Assembly (NCBI GenBank): GCA_035063585.1 | Contig: JAPSGB010000005.1 | Location: 64,001 to 128,000, forward strand | From: Polyangiaceae bacterium | GTDB lineage: Bacteria; Myxococcota_A; Polyangia; Polyangiales; Polyangiaceae | Length of the DNA stretch: 64,000 bases | Direction of reading: 5' to 3' | Shown here: positions 60,160 to 64,000 of the stretch, one piece after another | Layout: the number at the start of each line of letters is the position of its first letter | Numbering within the stretch: position 1 is the first letter of the stretch | Translations under genes and position numbers: made by a program | Notes under the pieces: generated by a model | What the model was told of the DNA's origin: nothing | The model's input: the letters and a program-made list of their open reading frames with translations, nothing else | The model's database searches: none

Positions 60160-60278
60160 GGCGCGCCCAAGCTACCCGCGCGCGCCGGAGAGTGCCCAGT
60201 TTATGGGGTGTCGGAGCGGCGCGGCCGGGCGGCGCGGGTCGGTTGTCGAGCTTGGGCGGCCGGCGTACCATCCCGAGC

Positions 60279-62618
60279 ATGTCTTGGCGATACTTCTCGG
60301 CGGCGGTCTTGCTCGCCGCGGGCCTACTGGCGATCCCGGCGTGCGGCAGCTCATCGAGCGAGGACAGCGCAGGCGGCTGCCCGGGAGGCTGCGCGGTGGG
60401 CGAGACCTGCCGGAACGGTCACTGCACGCCGGGCGGGGGCGGCGGCGCGAGCGGGAGCGACGGAGGCGGCTCGGGAGGTGGCTTCAACGTCGACGGCGGC
60501 GGCGGCGCCGGCGGGGACTGTCCGGCGGCTCAGGTGTGCGGGAGCGCCTGCTGCAAGAGCGGTGAGAGCTGCGCGCTCGGAACCACCTGCGCGCCCACTC
60601 AGGGGTCGTGCGCGAGCGCCGATGACTGCCTCTACGACAGCTACTGCGAGGGCGGAGCGTGCGTGCCCTACGGCGCGCCGCCCACCGGCAAGACCAGCGA
60701 CGACACCTGCAAGGCGAACATCACCATCGACTCCATCGCGCCCGCCGAGCAGTGCCGGTTCACCGAGGCGCCCTCGGGCGATCCCTGGCCGAGCTTCGTT
60801 CAGGTCATGAGCACGCCGGTCGTGGTCGACTTCAACTTCGATGACGACGCGAAGACGCTGCATCCCTCGATCATCTTCAACACCTTCGCGACCGGCTCGG
60901 GCTACGGCGGCCAAGGCGTGCTCCGCGTCATCTCCGGCGCGGACTGCACGCAAGAGTACGTGGACCCTGACCTCGCCAACTCCACCAACGCGCCGGCCTC
61001 GCCGGCGGTCGGCGACCTCGACGGCGACGGGCGCCCCGAGATCGTCGCGGCGGCTCAACTCGGGGGAGTCATCGCGCTCAGGTGGAACGCGACCAGCAAG
61101 ACCTTCGAGCGGATGTGGCGCTCCGGCTCGTGCCCGGGCGGCAGCGGCCCGCCCTCGGCGAGCGACGTGACCGGCGGACCGGACCGCTGGAGCGGTCCCA
61201 GCATTTACGACCTCGACGATGACGGGAAGGCCGAGATCATCTACGGCGCCACCGTCTATCGCGGCACCGACGGCTGCATCCTCTCCGACTCGCTCGGCTT
61301 CCAGCCCTACAGCGTCGGCTACGTGCCGGTCATCGCGGACGTGGATGAGGACGGCAAGCCCGAGCTCGTGCTCGGCAACGGCATCTACGAGTGGAGCGCC
61401 GCGACCAACGACTGGGTCGCCGAGAGCTACTTCACCGCGAGCGGGGGCACGCCCGCCGGCCAGGTCGCGGTGGCGGATTTCGGGAGCTTCCCGCTCGCCT
61501 CGCAGGGCGGCGCGGATCGCGCCGAGATCGCCGTCATCTCCGGCGGGACCGCGCGCGTGCAGACCATCGAGGGCACGGTGATCTTCGGGCCGGTCGCGAT
61601 CCCCGGCGGCGGCACCGGGGGCGCGCCCACCATCGCCGACTTCGACGGCGATGGTCGCGCGGAGTTCGCCACCGCCGGCGGCAAGAACTACGTGGTCTTC
61701 GATTTCGACTGCGTGGCGGGTGGTGATGCGGCCAAGTGCAACGGCCAATCGCGGACGGATGGCATCCTCTGGACGCAGCCGTCGCAGGACGCGAGCTCCA
61801 ACGTCACCGGCTCGAGCGTCTTCGACTTCGACGCCAACGGCGCGGCGGAGGCCGTCTACGCCGACGAGTGCTACCTCCGCATCTACGACGGCAAGACCGG
61901 CAACGTCGTCTACAGCGCGCCGCGCTCGAGCGGCACGACCTACGAGAACCCCGTCATCGCCGACGTGGACGGCGACTATCACACCGAGATCGTCTCGGCG
62001 GTGAACGACTACGGCGGCAACTACGGCTGTCCCGCAAACGATCCGCTGTTCCCCTCCACCAGCCTCGCGCCGACCCACGGCGTGGTGGTCCTGCGCGACG
62101 TGGAAGATCGCTGGGCCGCGTCGCGCCCGGTGTGGAATCAGCATGCGTACTCGGTCACCAACGTCGGTGATCGCGGCGAGATCCCGCGCACCAGCGCGAT
62201 GAAGAGGAATTGGCGCGAGCCCGGGCTCAACAACTTCCGCCAGAACGTCCAGGGCGGGCTCGACGCGCTCGGTGAGCCGGACCTCACCGTCGGCGGGCAG
62301 GTCGGCACGGTGGCGTGCAAGGGCTCCGTGGCGACCATCGAGGGGCGCGTGTGCAATCGCGGCACGCTGCCGATGGTGAGCGGCACCGAGGTCCGTTTCT
62401 ACGACGGCAGCGAGACGGGCTCCCAACTCTGCGCCACGCCCATCCCGCAGGCGCTCGACGTTGGCGAGTGCACGGTCGTAAGCTGCGAGGCCGACCTCGG
62501 CGGGCAAACGAAAGACGTCTTCGTGAAGGTGGACCCGGCAAACCTCTCGAAGGAGTGCCACGAGAACAACAACGCCGCGGTCTACCGGGGCGTCGGTTGC
62601 GGCCTCATGCCGCGCTAG
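60279..62618 (+). CDS. FG-GAP/VCBS-repeat Cys-rich lipoprotein with C-terminal CARDB-like domain
   Basis: IPAC lipobox; repeated DxDGDGxxE (DLDGDGRPE, DVDEDGKPE, DFDGDGRAE); ECHENNN. Confidence 0.87.
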   Translation: MSWRYFSAAVLLAAGLLAIPACGSSSSEDSAGGCPGGCAVGETCRNGHCTPGGGGGASGSDGGGSGGGFNVDGGGGAGGDCPAAQVCGSACCKSGESCALGTTCAPTQGSCASADDCLYDSYCEGGACVPYGAPPTGKTSDDTCKANITIDSIAPAEQCRFTEAPSGDPWPSFVQVMSTPVVVDFNFDDDAKTLHPSIIFNTFATGSGYGGQGVLRVISGADCTQEYVDPDLANSTNAPASPAVGDLDGDGRPEIVAAAQLGGVIALRWNATSKTFERMWRSGSCPGGSGPPSASDVTGGPDRWSGPSIYDLDDDGKAEIIYGATVYRGTDGCILSDSLGFQPYSVGYVPVIADVDEDGKPELVLGNGIYEWSAATNDWVAESYFTASGGTPAGQVAVADFGSFPLASQGGADRAEIAVISGGTARVQTIEGTVIFGPVAIPGGGTGGAPTIADFDGDGRAEFATAGGKNYVVFDFDCVAGGDAAKCNGQSRTDGILWTQPSQDASSNVTGSSVFDFDANGAAEAVYADECYLRIYDGKTGNVVYSAPRSSGTTYENPVIADVDGDYHTEIVSAVNDYGGNYGCPANDPLFPSTSLAPTHGVVVLRDVEDRWAASRPVWNQHAYSVTNVGDRGEIPRTSAMKRNWREPGLNNFRQNVQGGLDALGEPDLTVGGQVGTVACKGSVATIEGRVCNRGTLPMVSGTEVRFYDGSETGSQLCATPIPQALDVGECTVVSCEADLGGQTKDVFVKVDPANLSKECHENNNAAVYRGVGCGLMPR

Positions 62619-62759
62619 CGCGACGGGCGGCTTGCCCGGTCGGAGGGTCGGTCCGGCGCGGCCGGCGCCACGAAGCGGCCGCGCGCCGCGCCGGCAACCC
62701 ATCCCGAGGCCCGCGCGCTTTACGAGGCCGCGGGTTCGCGCTAGGTGACGCGGCGCGGC

Positions 62760-64000
62760 ATGAGCGTGTCAGACGATACTGACGTCGACGTCGTCGTCAT
62801 CGGCGGCGGCGTGAACGGCACCGGCGTGGCGCGCGACGCCGCGCAGCGCGGCCTCAGGGTCGCGCTCTTCGAGCGCAACGACATCGCCTTCGGGGCGAGC
62901 GGCAATTCGAGCGGGATGCTGCACGGCGGGCCGCGCTACCTCCTCTACGATCCCGAGGTCACCTATACGTCGTGCCTCGACTCTGGGCACATCCAGTCGA
63001 TCGCGCCGCACCTCCTCTTTCGGATCCCGTTCCTGATGCCGATCTACGCGTCGGCGATGGCCTCCAAGGTCACGCTCACGCTCTACGACGCCTTCTTCGG
63101 GCTCTACGACAGGTATCAGCCGTTGAAGCGCGGCAAGCCGCACGTCCGGCTCACCCCGGAGGAGCTCCGCGCCCTCGAACCGGGGCTCCGCGGCGAGGTG
63201 GTCGGCGGCGTCAGCTTCGACGAGTGGGGGATCGACGGCACTCGACTCTGCATCGGCAGCGCGGTCGACGCGATGGAGCGGGGCGCCGAGGTGCGCGCGC
63301 ACGCCACCGTGACGGACATCCTACGTCGTGACGACGGGAGCGTGCGCGGGGTGCGCTATCGCGACCGTGAGACGGGCGAGACCGGCGTGCGAACGGCGCG
63401 CATGGTGGTGAACGCGACCGGCGCCTGGGCGCCCATCACGGCCACCCTCGGCGGGCTCGCGCCGAAGGCGGCGCGCGTGCGGCCCGGCAAGGGGATCCAC
63501 GTCTTCTATGATCGGCGGCTCACCAACTACGCCATCGTCTGCGAGGCCGTCGACGGCCGGCAGATGTTCCTCTTGCCGTGGCAGAACATGACCGTCATCG
63601 GCACCACCGACGACGACTTCTACGGCGATCTCGACGACGTGGTCGCGACCGGCGACGAAGTGCGGTACCTGGTGCAGGCGGTCGAGCGGGTGTTCCCCGC
63701 GATCCGCGCGGGGCGCATCATCGGCACCTGGGCCGGGGTGCGCCCCACGCTCCACGCCTGGGGCCCGAACGAAGACCAGCTCTCGCGCGAGCACCAGATC
63801 GTCGATCACGCCGAGCACGGCGCGAGCGGGCTCTACTCGATGATCGGCGGCAAGCTCGCGAGCTATCGCATCTTCGCCGAGGAGATGACCGACGTGCTCG
63901 CCCGGCGCGCGGGCATCGGCGCGCGCAGCCGCACCCACGAGCTCGCGCTCCCGGGCGGCGACGAGCGGGTGGAGCCGCTCGTCCTCGCGGAGCAGGCGCG
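62760..64000 (+). CDS. glpD: FAD-dependent glycerol-3-phosphate dehydrogenase (3' end runs off the window)
   Basis: Translated by hand: VVVIGGGVNGTGVARDAAQRG, HGGPRYL, VNATGAW, IGTTD, WAGVRP, GGKL. Confidence 0.92.
   Translation, partial: MSVSDDTDVDVVVIGGGVNGTGVARDAAQRGLRVALFERNDIAFGASGNSSGMLHGGPRYLLYDPEVTYTSCLDSGHIQSIAPHLLFRIPFLMPIYASAMASKVTLTLYDAFFGLYDRYQPLKRGKPHVRLTPEELRALEPGLRGEVVGGVSFDEWGIDGTRLCIGSAVDAMERGAEVRAHATVTDILRRDDGSVRGVRYRDRETGETGVRTARMVVNATGAWAPITATLGGLAPKAARVRPGKGIHVFYDRRLTNYAIVCEAVDGRQMFLLPWQNMTVIGTTDDDFYGDLDDVVATGDEVRYLVQAVERVFPAIRAGRIIGTWAGVRPTLHAWGPNEDQLSREHQIVDHAEHGASGLYSMIGGKLASYRIFAEEMTDVLARRAGIGARSRTHELALPGGDERVEPLVLAEQA

Overview
Very GC-rich, gene-dense bacterial chromosome segment. 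The gene content (FHA-sigma54 activator, FHA-CpaF fusion, Hanks kinase, pilB-pilT, many Cys/Gly-rich lipoproteins) suggests a myxobacterium, probably Polyangiaceae-like; this is inference. Core genes: bamA (partial), def, ribD, nrdR, fabF-acpP-fabG, fabH, rpmF, yceD, HMG-CoA lyase, purF, pilT, pilB, moeB-like, tRNA-Leu(GAG) and glpD (partial). An accessory patch follows the tRNA: FadL-like barrel, lipoproteins, an IS1380-like transposase remnant and a GNAT. The most notable observations are three apparently intact but catalytically degenerate enzyme homologues: an FHA-CpaF without Walker motifs, a membrane SpeE-like protein without its catalytic Asp coupled to a DUF4178 protein, and a zincin-like protein without HExxH. 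Also notable are a MarR-ClC unit with a perfect palindromic operator and probable leaderless start, and a terminated pilB-pilT unit with no pilC facing an FHA/kinase pair. I saw no CRISPR array, rRNA, integrase or prophage. All calls come from reading motifs by eye; no database searches were run.
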